Positions 1 to 12,107 of a DNA stretch of 64,000 nucleotides are shown here, in pieces. How positions within the stretch are numbered: the first letter of the stretch is position 1; the number at the start of each line of letters is the position of its first letter. The stretch covers positions 169,384,001 to 169,448,000 of the forward strand of contig OZ024742.1 of the NCBI GenBank assembly GCA_964016885.1, given 5' to 3'. The DNA comes from Eledone cirrhosa. Lineage: Eukaryota. The notes beneath the pieces were generated by a model, which worked only from the letters and a program-made list of their open reading frames with translations, did not search any database and had not been told where the DNA came from. The position numbers were made by a program, and so were the translations under genes.

Positions 1-800
1 TTTAATATTATGGGATCTGTTTCTACCTTAATGTATTTAAGTATGATATTAAAGAGAGCAGAGCCAGTTGAGGTGAAGTGGTTATGTCATATGGTAGCTA
101 TGAGATGTGAGGTTCATTTGTGTAGTGAGTGGATAGCATGGGACCAAACCTTGGGTGAATTTTAAAGGTGATGCCAACATCATTTGGGCAATATTGATGA
201 AATATTTTCCACATCATACAGATGATGTAGCACTCACAGCAGAGTTGGAGAGAGTATAGTTTGAGTTTTTCTAGTCGAGCCCAATATTTAAGGCCTGTAT
301 ATCTTTTTTGTAATTAACCTCTGGGGAGCTTCAATTTTCATAATACTTTGTTTCATGTGAGGAGACCACAATGGACAACAGTATCCAACTGGGTCTGGGC
401 AAAGGAGCGTAGAATAGGAAGATGGTGTGAATTTCTCTTGACCAGAAAGTTCTGAGAATCCAGGAACACAACCTGCAAGCCAAGTCAACATTGGTATTTA
501 TGTGAGTACTCCAGCTTAAGTTGTTGTCAATAATTACTCCAAGGTCTCCAGTCTTGTTTGATACCACAGGGGTTTCAACTGAGGCAAGAGAATATGGTAA
601 TTTTCGTGCATCCTCTTTTCCAAAGAGGATTAATTCAAATTTATCCTCATTTAATAGCATATTGTTTTATTGTCGCCCATTGGATAACAGGAAGCAGATC
701 CAATTAAAAGCCTATCCTCTCTCCCACTTTATTGATGATTTTCTGGATCTTGGAATCATCTGTGAAAATTCTTATCTTGTTGTGCCTGATGACATCAGAG
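1..800 (-). mobile_element. Degenerate CR1/L2-type LINE, 3' part of ORF2 (split by an RTE insertion)
   Basis: Minus-strand peptides IRIFTDDSK, LNEDKFELI and DLGVIIDNNLSWSTHIN, with frameshifts. Confidence 0.8.
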
Positions 801-2941
801 ATAGTTGTGATGTCATTGGAGAGAAGTGTATCCGGAATGATAAAGGTGAGCTTGCCCTCACAAGTGCTGAGAAGAAAGATGCATGGAAGAGTCATTATGA
901 TAGATTACTAAATGAGGAGAATGCATGGGAAGAAGAGACCCTACCCCAAGTAGACCCTATAGAGGGACCAGCAGTACAAGTCAGCGGCAGCGTAGTAAGT
1001 AAGGCAATCAAAGATATGAAGATGGGGAAGGCAACCGGTCCATCGGGTATAGCTGTCGAGATGCTGAAGGCATCTGGGTCTGTAGGTCACACTATAACCA
1101 CACGTATCGTTAACCAGGTAATACTAGAAGGGGCCATACCAAAAGATTGGTGCAGTAGCATCATTGTCAACTGCTACAAAGGTAAAGGCGCTGCACTAGA
1201 TAGAGGAAACTATAGAGGTATAAAGTTGATGGACCAGGTCATGAAAGTAACAGTAAGAGTTATAGCACAGCTGATTAGGGACCGGGTGAAAATAGACGAG
1301 ATGCAATTTGGGTTTGTACCAGGAAGAGGCACCACTGATGCCCTCTTCCTTGTGAGGCAATTACAGGAAAAGTACCTAGCTAAAAGTAAGCCACTCTACT
1401 TGGCATTTGTCGACCTTGAGAAAGCCTTTGACAGAGTTCCACGTGCTGTAATCTGGTGGGCTCTTAGAAAACTAAGAGTAGATGAATGGCTTGTGAAAGC
1501 GGTACAAGCCATGTATAGGGGAGCAGTCAGCAAAGTTAGGATTAGCAATGAGTATAGCGAGGAATTTAGCGTACAGGTTGGGGTCCACCAGGGCTCTGTT
1601 CTTAGCCCTCTCCTGTTCATCATAGTCCTGCAGGCAATAACGGAGGAGTTTAAGACCGGATGCCCATGGGAACTCCTGTATGCTGATGACCTCGCACTCA
1701 TAGCTGAATCTATGGTAGAACTAGAGAAGAAATTCCAAACCTGGAAGCCGGGACTAGAAAGAAAGGGTCTCAAAGTCAACATGACAAAGACTAAGGTCCT
1801 TGTAAGTAGACGAGAAAACAGAACCCAGATCCCTTCAGGGAAATGGCCTTGCTCAGTATGTAGGAAAGGTGTAGGTAGGAACTCCATTCTCTGCCCCAAA
1901 TGCAAACAATGGGTACACAAGAGATGTAGCGGGATCTCAGGAAGCTTAATTAAGAATGTAGGATTCACATGCAGCAGCTGTGCTGAGACAGCAAACAGCA
2001 AACAGCCACAGGAAACAAGTACCACCAATCTCTGGGAGGGCCCTGTAGAAACAGTAGACAGCTTCTGCTACCTAGGTGACCGAATTAGCAACGGAGGTGG
2101 GTGTTCAGAAAGTGCAATAACTAGGGTAAGAACGGGATGGAAGAAGTTTAGGGAACTACTACCACTGCCAGCTGCAAAAGGCTTCTCCCTCAGAATGAAA
2201 GGCAGACTGTATGATGCGTGTATCCGAACAGCGATGTTGCATGGTAGCGAGACCTGGGCGCTGAAGGTGGAAGACTTACGTAGATTAGAGAGAAACGAAG
2301 CCTGCATGCTCCGATGGATGTGTAACAATAATATACGTGAACGACAAAGCATAAATGAATTGAGAGAGAGACTGAGCATAAGAGGAATCAAATGCTGTGT
2401 GCAGGAGAGGCGGTTGCGCTGGTATGGACATGTGATGCGTATGAAGGATGACAGCTGCATAAAAAGGTGCAGAGCACTAGAAGTTGATGGAAACCGCGGA
2501 GTAGGGAGACCCAAGATGACCTGGGATGAGGTGATAAAAGCCGACCTTACCCAATTACACCTCTCAAAGACAATGACACACGACCGTGACTTCTGGCGTC
2601 ACGCAGTAATACAGTGTACCCGACCTCCCATGGGTACAAGCTGAAGCATATAGACAATATGCCCCCACCGCAAGGTGGTCGTGGAGGTGCCACGGCAAAA
2701 AAGCACCCAGCCCACACTGTAAAGTGGACGTGTAGGCGCCACGAAAAAGCACCCAGCACTCACTGTAAATGAGGTTGGTGTTAGGAAGGGCATCCAGCTG
2801 TAGAAATCAAGCCAAATCAGTTCCTGTATGAGCAAGGCATGGTCAGCCGACCAGACACTGCCCACAACAGGACAACCCGTCTAACCCATGCTAGCATGGA
2901 AGAACGGACGTAAAACGGTGATGATGATGATGATGATGATG
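800..2941 (+). mobile_element. 5'-truncated RTE-clade LINE with an open RT frame to 2644, an embedded PHD finger, a SINE-like 3' region and a (GAT)n tail
   Basis: Motifs NYRGIKL, QFGF.PGR, FVDLEKAFD, GVHQGSVLSPLLF, YADD, FCYLG and RLRWYGHV, then (GAT)n at about 2920-2941. The first ~95 aa of ORF 521..2644 are antisense CR1 read-through. Confidence 0.95.
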
Positions 2942-2943
2942 AA

Positions 2944-3790
2944 TCTCATTTATGTAGATAATGAAAAGAAGTGGACCCAACACAGTGCCTTGTGGGACTC
3001 CACTACTGACTTTGGCTGAATTTCATCATATTCCTTCAACCACAACTTGCTGAGATCTGTTTGTCATGAAATATTTAATCTACAGCAGTAGCTTTCCACA
3101 GACTCCAATGTTGGATAAATTCTTCAACAGCATGTTGGGATTGACCCTGTCAAAGGTCTTACCGAAATCAAGGTAAATATTATCCATGTTGGTACCATCT
3201 CATAAAACTTTTAGGATGTCATCAAAGTAATACTGAAGTTATGTCAGGTAGTCCTCCCATCACTGAACAGATTGTTCCTTTCAAGGAAGTAAATTTGTTG
3301 TGATCTCACTACTCTCTCAAATACTTTGATGATATGAGAGGTGAGTGAAATTAGACGGTAATTCACTTGTTCCATTTTTTGAAGGCTGGGACAGGAAATG
3401 TTCAGGGATATAGCCTGCATCCAGGGAGTTTCTCCAGACATTAGCAAGGGGGGATGGAAGTTGATGTTGACAAATCTTCCGGACACTAACAGAGAACCTA
3501 TCAGTGCCTATTCCTGAGTTGTGCTTGATTTTTCTTATTGCTACTTGTACATTACTGATATTGTCCAGATCAACCATATCAGAATTGCTGAAAACAGAGC
3601 ACTATAGTTTCTGCAGTATCCAAGTTACGGTTTTAGCATCATGGTGGAGGATGTTATATTTTCATCAGCCAGAGGGCCAAAACTGGAGACAATGACCTTG
3701 TGTCTTTTTGCAAATGAAAAGAAAATTTAGGAATTGAGTTTGATTTTCTCAATGGCCTAGTCCTCCTCAGCTGTTTTAAGGTTATTGATA
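2944..3790 (-). mobile_element. Continuation of the CR1/L2-type LINE RT
   Basis: Peptides GVPQGTVLGPLLFIIYIN, IYLDFGKTFDRV and NYRLISLTSHIIKVFERVV. Joins co-linearly with the 1-800 piece. Confidence 0.85.
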
Positions 3791-3974
3791 ATGGTCTTCA
3801 AGTTGCTTTGGCGGTTATGGTTTTTTTTATTCAAGCAATGCAATAGCAGTCAAATATGTGTGTGTTGCTGTTAGCAACATTTTAGTGTAGTGAATTTCAT
3901 AAACAAATTTTATATTTAAAGTTGGCAGAGCACTCAGTCTAAGGGACGAGTTGTAATATACAAAATTAGGCCAA

Positions 3975-4152
3975 ATTCACATTTTCATCTGTCAAATATG
4001 CACATTTCACTGGGGAATTGTTATTTCCATAGCTCATCAGTCCGACATCTTGGTTATGGATACATAAAAATTTTGGACTGACAAGCTGTAGAAATAACAA
4101 TTCCCAAGTGAAACGCAAAACACGCATATTCAACAGAAGAAAATGTTGTGAA
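3975..4152. repeat. ~180-bp imperfect palindrome (fold-back or MITE-like)
   Basis: Left arm TTTCACTGGGGAATTGTTATTTCCATAGCT pairs with right arm AGCTGTAGAAATAACAATTCCCAAGTGAAA. Pairing continues inward to the centre TTATG-GATA-CATAA and outward. Confidence 0.75.
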
Positions 4153-4192
4153 TGAATGTAACATACACATACATATATACATACATATATAC

Positions 4193-4230
<38 letters not shown>

Positions 4231-4673
4231 GCATACACACGTTACCCATACACCTCCCATGAGATATTGACAAGTTTTCTAACATGTGGTTTTCAATTAA
4301 TACAACTTTCATATGATATAAAACTGTGCGTGTGCAAAATGCATCTTTAAAAAAAAATAGAATATTATGCAAAAATTGAATATATGTATTTTGCTTGCTA
4401 AATCTAATCTCATCTATTGCTAGTATTTATAGTAGATCATGTTGAACCCAGTAATTATTTTTTCAAGTCTGATACTTATTTTATTGATCCCATAAACACA
4501 CACACACATACATACATAAATACAGGCACAGAAAGACACATACAAAAATATAGTACTGACATGGAAAAACTGACACACACACATGCATGTCTGAATTGTA
4601 AATGGAAACAAGGCAAACAATATAGTTCAATGGAAAATATATTAGTTTAATGCTTGATACAGTCGGAAAAGAG

Positions 4674-4709
4674 TCTCAACATTTCAAACACTAGTCCTTC
4701 ATCAGAAGA
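4674..4709 (-). ncRNA. Degenerate minimal hammerhead-like motif (same family as 40913-40948)
   Basis: TCTT-CTGATGA-AGGAC.TAGT.GTTT-GAAA-TG-TT-GAGA. Confidence 0.4.
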
Positions 4710-5171
4710 TAGAATGAGAAATAAAAGATGAAATAGAAAGATAGAGAGAAGAGGAAGGAAGAGAAAAGGTTGGGGGAAGAAGCATATGTGTGTTCAGTCG
4801 GCCATTTGGTGGGAAGGATGTTTATAGTATCTTTAATGAAAATATTCACAACAAACTGTTGACACAGAAAGATACTTTAAACGTTTGAATTACCAAACAT
4901 GTTTTTAGATATTTTCTTCTAAATTATTACAAGAAGTTCAGAGTTGATTGACTGGATCGCATTAATAATTGAAGTCGTTAGTGTAATATTGCAAATCTCC
5001 ACTAGTAAAGATACTATAAACATTTGAATTAATAAACTACATGAATCCATATTAACAAAACATTTTTGAAAGTACAAAACAGCATTAGGACTGCATCACA
5101 TTAAAAATGAAAATGTTTATTTTAATACTTCAACAATCTATCCACTATTAACCCTTTAGCATTTACATTAT

Positions 5172-5560
5172 GGAGGCATATGGCTTAGTGGTTAAAGCAT
5201 TGGCCTTGCAATCAAGAGGTTGCGAGTTCAATTCTCAGACCAGGTGATGTGTTGTTTCCTTGAGCAAGACATTTTATTTCACATTGCTCTAGTTTACTCA
5301 GCTGTAGAAATGAGATGATAGGGACTGGAGTCCCTATCATTCAACTGCAAAGTGGTCGTGGAGGTGCCACAGTTAAAAAGCACCCAGCCCACACTGTAAA
5401 CTGGACGTGTAGGCGCCACGGAAAAAAAGTACCCAGCACTCACTGTAAATGAGGTTGGTGTTAGGAAGGGCATCCAGCTGTAGAAATCAAGCCAGAATCA
5501 GTTCCCGTCCCACCCTTGCAAGCAGAGAAAAGCGGACGTAAAATGATGATGATGATGATG
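5172..5560 (+). mobile_element. tRNA-derived SINE with RTE-type 3' tail (family A)
   Basis: A-box TGGCTTAGTGG, B-box GAGTTCAATTC, (GAT)n tail. Near-identical copy at 44715-45071 and a 5' fragment at 39370-39528 (-). Confidence 0.85.
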
Positions 5561-5578
5561 ATTACTCTATATATACTA

Positions 5579-6940
5579 CTAGCTGGCCCATCCGGCTGGC
5601 GCCTGGCTAGGTATACCAGCATTTTATCTTTTCAGGAATCCCCCCTACACTCTAGTGCAAAGATACCGCACGCCCTCTCAAATCAGCAAGGGGGAGGGGG
5701 GTTAACGTGCTCTGATGTTGGGTTTGAATAGTTTTTAGGATTCCCCAGTTCAGCAGCCAGTACATTAAAGAAAATTGATAGTTACAACAATAAAAGCTGA
5801 ACAGAGAACAAATTTTTTAACAAACAATAATTTGTACAACCATAATGGAAATTCCAAGTAACAGAAAATATTTAAATTACATTGTTAGAGCCTCAGAGTA
5901 TACAATATTTTTTGTTCGGCCCTCCGGAGCAAAGATGAAGAGATTGTTTGGTGAGCTAACCCTAGAGCATCCTACATACAATTGACCATGAGAGAAGCAC
6001 TGATCTCATAGCTCGTCTCGCGGAGAAGCTCTGTAGACGTTGACCTCTGGACACTCCTGTCAGGAGCAGGTAAGCTGTAGTGACTTAGAGGCCTACCACC
6101 AATCTCCAGGACACTGGTTTCAAGACAAATGAGTGCCTCATTGAAAACGACATCGTATGTTACATTCGGATTGTGTCTGTGTGTGCGGTGGAGGATATCC
6201 TCAGCTAGACTTTCGCGGTGGTTGTTCCACAGTGCGAGAGGGTCGGCGAGATCGCAGTTGTGCAGCACAATAGCAAAAAGTTTTCACAGCTGAGAAAGGA
6301 CTTTGGCAGTTGCTGCTTCTTGCAGGGTGAGGTGCCAATGGCTGTCATCGTGTAACATACCATGCATCTGGCAAGCCAAACGGTAAGTGGAACATTGATG
6401 GCCATTGATGGTTCTCAAATCTTGGAAAGACTGTGGTCCTCTAACCTCGAACAGTAACAATGGCGATAAGCCGTCTGTGCTTTCGTGAAATAAATAGGTT
6501 TTTGTTTTTGTGTATGCAAAAATATCTGAACAACGAATATATATATTAAAATAACAGATTAAAGTTTAAGCAAAGAATTGTTGCTTTCACCCTTAACGGG
6601 ATCTTCTGAAATTAAAAGAACGCAGAAGTAAATATTTCGAAAAACGTTATCTAATGCAGACAGCCAGACATACAGATTAAGAAAAAGAGAGGAATGTTGT
6701 GCAATGTCATAAGAAAAAGTGAGGAATGACGTATAACCGGAAGTGTTGACATTTGAAATTTTAAAGAAGTGAATATTTAAATAACGTCTTTAATCTTTTA
6801 ACAAAATTCAGTAGACAAAAATACCCTCACTTTTTTACTTGGAAAAAGTTACATCTATGGTGCAAATTTGGTGCCGTTTGGTCCAGCCGTTTGGCGGAAA
6901 GTTTGTTACCTACATACAGCCGTCAGCTTTATAGAATAGA
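5579..6940 (-). mobile_element. Internally deleted Helitron
   Basis: On the minus strand it reads A|TC...CTAG|T. RepHel remnants: LLFEVRGPQSFQDLRTING, DPLALW, and the Pif1 C-terminus FSHGQLYVGCSRV...TKNIVY. Confidence 0.9.
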
Positions 6941-7019
6941 TTGTATTTTCACAGTAAACACTTTATGTCACATAATATCGAATCTATGAGATGTTGGCAC
7001 CTATTTTGAGAACTGGCAC

Positions 7020-7975
7020 ATTGAATGCGCTCAGGCGCTCACAGTCCTCTGGCAAGCGGGCGCAGCAATCAGTGGATACTCCACTTCGACATTCTATAGA
7101 GGGATTGTACGTTACAAGGGCGACGACGTGCTCGGAGAGACTCTGGGCGTCGAAGACGATGAGCTCACCAGTATGTTTGGTAGGACTTTCCGCCCGGGAC
7201 CTATGGACAACTTCCAGAGGTCCCTGGCCTGGCAGTGCTACCGAGGAGCTCTACCGGTTCGTGACAAGATCTACAGGCACGGACGCCCTGGCAGGGATCC
7301 TTCCAAGAGGACGTGTCCAAGATGTGCGCAGGACATTGAAACAGTTCTGCACGCAATTGTACACTGCCCGGGCGTAAGCGACCTGTGGAACTATGCAGAA
7401 CAACTGCTGTCGCGTATGGGACAAATACAGTTGACTGCCGAATCCATAGTAAGGATCAAACCGCCAGACTCTTTCAAAAACGAAAGAGAGGCGGTTTTCC
7501 TCTGTACGGTGGCTATGGTGAAAGAAGTTATATGGTGGACGAGGTTGAGAGGACTGAGGACAGATGCCTTTCTCTCCGGACAACAATTGATTCCATTCTT
7601 TAAGTATCACTTTAGAAGGAGAATCAGGGTGGAGAGAGAGGCACTGCACCCCAGTAAATTTACTGAAAGGTGGGTGAATGAAGCGAAAATGGCCCGAGTG
7701 ATTGGGCCTTCTCTGTTTATAAGCCTGTAGGTTGAGGAAGAGAGCAAAAGGAAGAAAGGAGCACTTGCACAACACGCTCCTTGAGTTGAGGGTTGTTCTA
7801 TCGACGGGGTATTAAACAACCCATTTGTGGCGCCTCCCCCCTATTGGGGATTTCGATTGTTGAAATTGTTTGTTTTTATATTTTTACACGACTGTATGTA
7901 AAATCCCCGGCATGTCTTTGTATTGTCCCCTTTCTTGTTGCGCCCTTGTGGCTAATAAAGAAATCAATATCTTAA
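7020..7975 (+). mobile_element. 3' end of a Tx1/L1-clade LINE
   Basis: ORF 7128..7730 carries a zf-RVT-type motif AWQ..RGALPV...CPRC...ETVLHAIVHC, followed by a 3' UTR with AATAAA near 7954. Confidence 0.85.
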
Positions 7976-8575
7976 CATATAACAAACCGGTTTGAACAGG
8001 AAGAGGTGATAGAATTCTGGCCGGATATGGTTTAAATGCTAAAGGGTTAAAGATGCTATAAACATTTCGATCAACAAAGCTATTTTTAGACATTTTCTGC
8101 TAAATTATTAGAGGATGTTAAGAGTTAATTAACAGAAGCCTACTTGAGCTATTGTCATGCTTCAAATGACAAAGGAGATTTATTTACCTTCAAGGAGGAG
8201 GATCAATCAGCTCATAATACCAAAGCTGATTATTTAATACCCAACATAACATAATTAATAACATTGATGAGTAGAAGATTACTGTGATCACATGACATCA
8301 ATCAAAACATAAATTACATCATAGTAGAAAAAATACATTCTATATAAAAATATATTTTCATTTGTTCTATATGTGTATAATATATGTATATTTAGGGTAG
8401 TTATCGGTGATGACTAGACTGGTTGGAGCAATAACGGTCTTGTTTATGTATATATATAGTAGAAAGTCAGGGCCCGACAGCTGAGCTCTTGTCATTTCAA
8501 CAGCAAATTCCAGAGTCTGGCATTTACACTATGCTGAATAATGGTCTTACTAGTTTAAAGCTGTTATAATCCTGA

Positions 8576-8628
<53 letters not shown>

Positions 8629-10084
8629 CTAGCAGAATGGCCCGGCGTTGCTCGGGTTTCTAAACATAGTTTGGTATGTTTATCCCTCCTTTCTGAAACA
8701 GTACAGAGAAGTACGGAATACCTCGGCCTGGGGATGGTGTCTACATTTTGTGCTTAGGCAAATAATTTTTCATTAAGATTTTTCAAAAGCATGTAATTGC
8801 GTTCCCTCTCTTTTTTGTTGTTGTTTTTGCTGCTGTTGGTGTGATAGCAGCCTTTGGTCGTACCACTAACACAGTATCGTCCTTCTTCAACCAATCGTGT
8901 ATATCCCCTTCTGCCTCGTCTACCTAAACAATGATTGTAGCACCTCCTTGTACACAATGTTCCTTGTTCTTCTGTGTCGGACATATGCAAAGAGATTTGT
9001 CTTGCTTCCCACTCTTGAGCAGCCAATGTATAGTTGCCCGTGTGAAAAACATGACTCTTCCAAAAGAAGACCAGCAACAGCTAGGGTCTGACCCTGGGAT
9101 TTGTTGATAGACATTGCAAAGCTGACACGGTTTGGCGAATGGTTCGTTGGTTGTCTGTTTCAAGTGCTCTTCTGGTGGCAGTACATTCAGCATCTTGCGA
9201 CCGTCGAATAGCAGATTCCACTGACGATTCATTTGCCTGCCTTGTTCTTTTTCTTGCCGCTTTCGCAGTATTTCAGCCAATGGAGTATCTCTTCCTTTGA
9301 GTCATGACCTAAAAGCAGGACGAAGTACACTAAGACTAACTGGTAGAGTAAGAAGTAAACTCGTCAGTGATGCATGTGATTTCCGAACCGTTGACTATGT
9401 AATTGCTGTCCTTTTGCCAAAAGTAGTGGGACTTTTTGGGTGGCATATCGGCAGTAACAATGAAAATAAGCCAGCTGTGCTTTCGTGAAATAAATACGTT
9501 TGTTTATATTTTGTTTTTGTGTATGCAAAAATATCTGTACACGAATATATAATTATATATATATTAAAATAACAGATTAAAGTGTAAGCAAAGAATCGCT
9601 GCTTTCACCCTTAACGGGATCTTCTGAAACTAAAAAAATCAATTTGTGAACGCAGAAGTAAATATTTCGAAAAACGTTGCAACCGAAGGAAAACAGGAAG
9701 GCGATACTTTGGTTCGTGAAGACGTTCCCTGGCAATGAATGGAAAATAGCGAAGATAATACGTCAGCAATGAGAACAATTTTTGTCATAATGTCGTAATG
9801 CAGACAGCCAGACATACAGACAGATATTATAAGGGCACAACGTTATAGCTATGTATCTATCTAAAAAGACAGACTAAGAAAGAGAGAGAGAGAGAGATAC
9901 CAGCGCCTAACACGCCTTTAACAATAGAAAATTGAAAAATAAAAGCTGCAGTTAATATCTTTAGACCGCAAGGAATATATAAATGCAAGTCAATCGGAGT
10001 AAAAATGTGGATGTGTATAGACTTTGCAAAAATTAGGACACACACACAGACAGAGACAATTTCAGTTTTATATATATGTATAGA
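8629..10084 (-). mobile_element. Internally deleted Helitron
   Basis: 3' hairpin CCCGAGCAACGCCGGG followed by CTAG|T; 5' A|TC at 10084. Pif1 motifs MSINKSQGQTL and FSHGQLYIGCSRV. Shares a segment with 6470-6650 and 30630-30770. Confidence 0.9.
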
Positions 10085-10095
10085 TGTGTATATAG

Positions 10096-10176
<81 letters not shown>

Positions 10177-11002
10177 CAGGTTTATTTTTATCATTTATTT
10201 TGTTTGACCTGTTTAGCTTGATTTGTTTTTTGCCTTAGGTGGTTAATGCCTTCTTGACCACTTTTTCAGTTTGTATGGCGTTTTAACATATTGTTTAGCT
10301 CTAGTTTTTTAACTATTGGAGCGCTTGCCAGCTTAATTACGATTTTGCGTTTCGTTTCGCTTTTTCTACCCTCCGAAATACGATTCTCGCTGAATTTATA
10401 TTTGTATTAATCTCCCGAGTCTTACAATTAACCTGTTAATAATTCTATTGATAGATTAATTGCATAAGTTTATTTTAAAAACTACCCAGTTGAGTGCTTA
10501 TTCGATTTGTGCTATCTATCCAATTTTTTGCATGATATACACATACTGAATTCATTTGCCAAAATCTGGGTTTTTTCCCCTTGTGAATTACACATGTGCT
10601 TTTACAAAGTTCTACGTCATTCACAAAGTTGGTGCAGAGCAAAATACCTGTTGATAACGTGATATTCCTTGTTCGATCATTATACTAAAAGCTTATAGTT
10701 TTAAGCAGACAGTATTATTGATTTAGGTGTCATAGAAACCCTGCATTTGAGTTTTACCATCAATTCCATTGTGTCCAGGTCTGTTTTTATCATTTAGTTT
10801 GTTTGACCTGTTTAGCTTGATTTGTTTTTTGCCTTAGGTGGTTAATGCCTTCTTGACCACTTTTTCAGTTTGTATGGCGTTTTAACATATTGTTTAGCTC
10901 TAGTTTTTTAACTATTGGAGCGCTTGCCAGCATAACTACGATTTTGCGTTTCGTTTCGCTTTTTCTACCCGCCGAAATACGATTCTCGCTGAATTTATAT
11001 TT
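10177..11002. repeat. ~1.4 copies of a 599-bp unit (226-bp direct repeat) embedded in (TA)n
   Basis: 10177-10403 is repeated nearly identically at 10776-11002, with (TA)n on both flanks. Confidence 0.85.
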
Positions 11003-11019
11003 ATATATATATATATATA

Positions 11020-11370
11020 CATCATCATCATCATCATCGTTTAACATCCATGTTCCACACTTGCATGGGTTTGGACGGGAGTTTTCCCACTTGAGGCAAG
11101 AGTGGTTGTCTTGCTCGCATAGGACTGTCTGGCGGGTTTTCTACAGCTGGATGCCCTTCCTAACACCAACCACATTTACAGTGTGGGGCTGGGAGGTTTT
11201 TACCGTGTTGCCTACACGGCCACATTACAGCGTGGACTGTCTGGCGGGTTTTCTACAGCTGGATGCCCTTCCTAACACCAACCACATTTACAGTGTGGGA
11301 CTGGGAGGTTTTTACCGTGTTGCCTACACGGCCACATTACAGCGTGGACTGTGTTTTTTGTCGTGACACC
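11020..11370 (-). mobile_element. RTE-tailed SINE with an internal ~111-bp tandem duplication
   Basis: (CAT)n tail; the block GGACTGTCTGGCGGGTTTTCTACAGCTGGATGCCC occurs twice. Confidence 0.7.
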
Positions 11371-11664
11371 TACACAATCTCATTTGTTTCGGCCTGGATG
11401 TTGTGGCACCAACATAACTTTACATTGAAAGGGGCGGTGTGGATGGGGTGGGGGTGGTGGGACGGGGGTGTATTTTGTTAGAGAGATATACATATATATA
11501 TTAATAATTATGGGTGGATTACCAAAAGAGATCAGGAGGTGACCACAGTTAAAAAAGGTACCCAATACAATGGTGGAGTATAGACATCTTTATTTTATAT
11601 AGAAATTACTCTTACAAGACTTCTACAGAGGTGTTTCATTTGTATGAAGTCATTTCTATATAAA

Positions 11665-11985
11665 ATAATTGTTTCTACTTTTGGCACAAGGCCAAGAATT
11701 ATCCCAGTGCATTACTGGTACTTTATTTTATCGACCCCGTACGGATGAAAGGCAAAGTTAACATCGGCGTGATTTGAACTCAGAATGGTAAGGGCCGTAA
11801 TTCTATGCGTCAAAGCATGATGTCCAACTCTCTACCGATACTGCCAATCCACCAATCCATATAAAATAATTGTTTCTACTTTTTGGCACAAGGCCAGCAG
11901 TTACCCAGTGTATAACTGGTACTTTATTTTATCGACCCCGTAAGGATGAAAGGCAAAGTTAACCTCGGCGGGATTTGAATGATGC
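11665..11985 (-). mobile_element. Two tandem SINEs of family B ((TTA)n-tailed)
   Basis: Shared motifs GGCACAAGGCC, GGATGAAAGGCAAAGTTAAC and GATTTGAACTC. Other copies at about 12935, 15190, 18460-18790, 22458, 49935-50330, 57505 and 61010. Confidence 0.8.
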
Positions 11986-12107
11986 CTATACTCTACCAAC
12001 GATTTGAGTACCTTCTTTAACTGTGGTCACCTCCCAATCCATTTCAAGAATCAACCTAGTCCAGAACTAATTGAAATAGCAAGAGCTCAGCCGTTACATC
12101 CAGATCT

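Larger units (their letters stand above)
5152..8046. mobile_element. piggyBac-like MITE with TTAA TSD, hosting a nested SINE, Helitron and Tx1 LINE
   Basis: TTAA(5148-51)|CCCTTTAGCATTTA ... TAAATGCTAAAGGG|TTAA(8047-50). The flanks rejoin into the dispersed repeat CCACTAGTAAAGATACTATAAACATTT. Confidence 0.8.

Noticed and set aside
521-800. N-terminus of the 707-aa ORF as a real domain
   Set aside because: It is the antisense strand of the CR1 remnant that happens to be open in the RTE frame. The RTE is 5'-truncated and lacks its endonuclease.
3966-4090. Terminal coding exon LVSPKFLC...NLA*
   Set aside because: It lies within the palindrome and has no homology.
5172-5245. tRNA gene
   Set aside because: It has A/B boxes but no proper acceptor stem and continues into a SINE body, so it is a SINE head.
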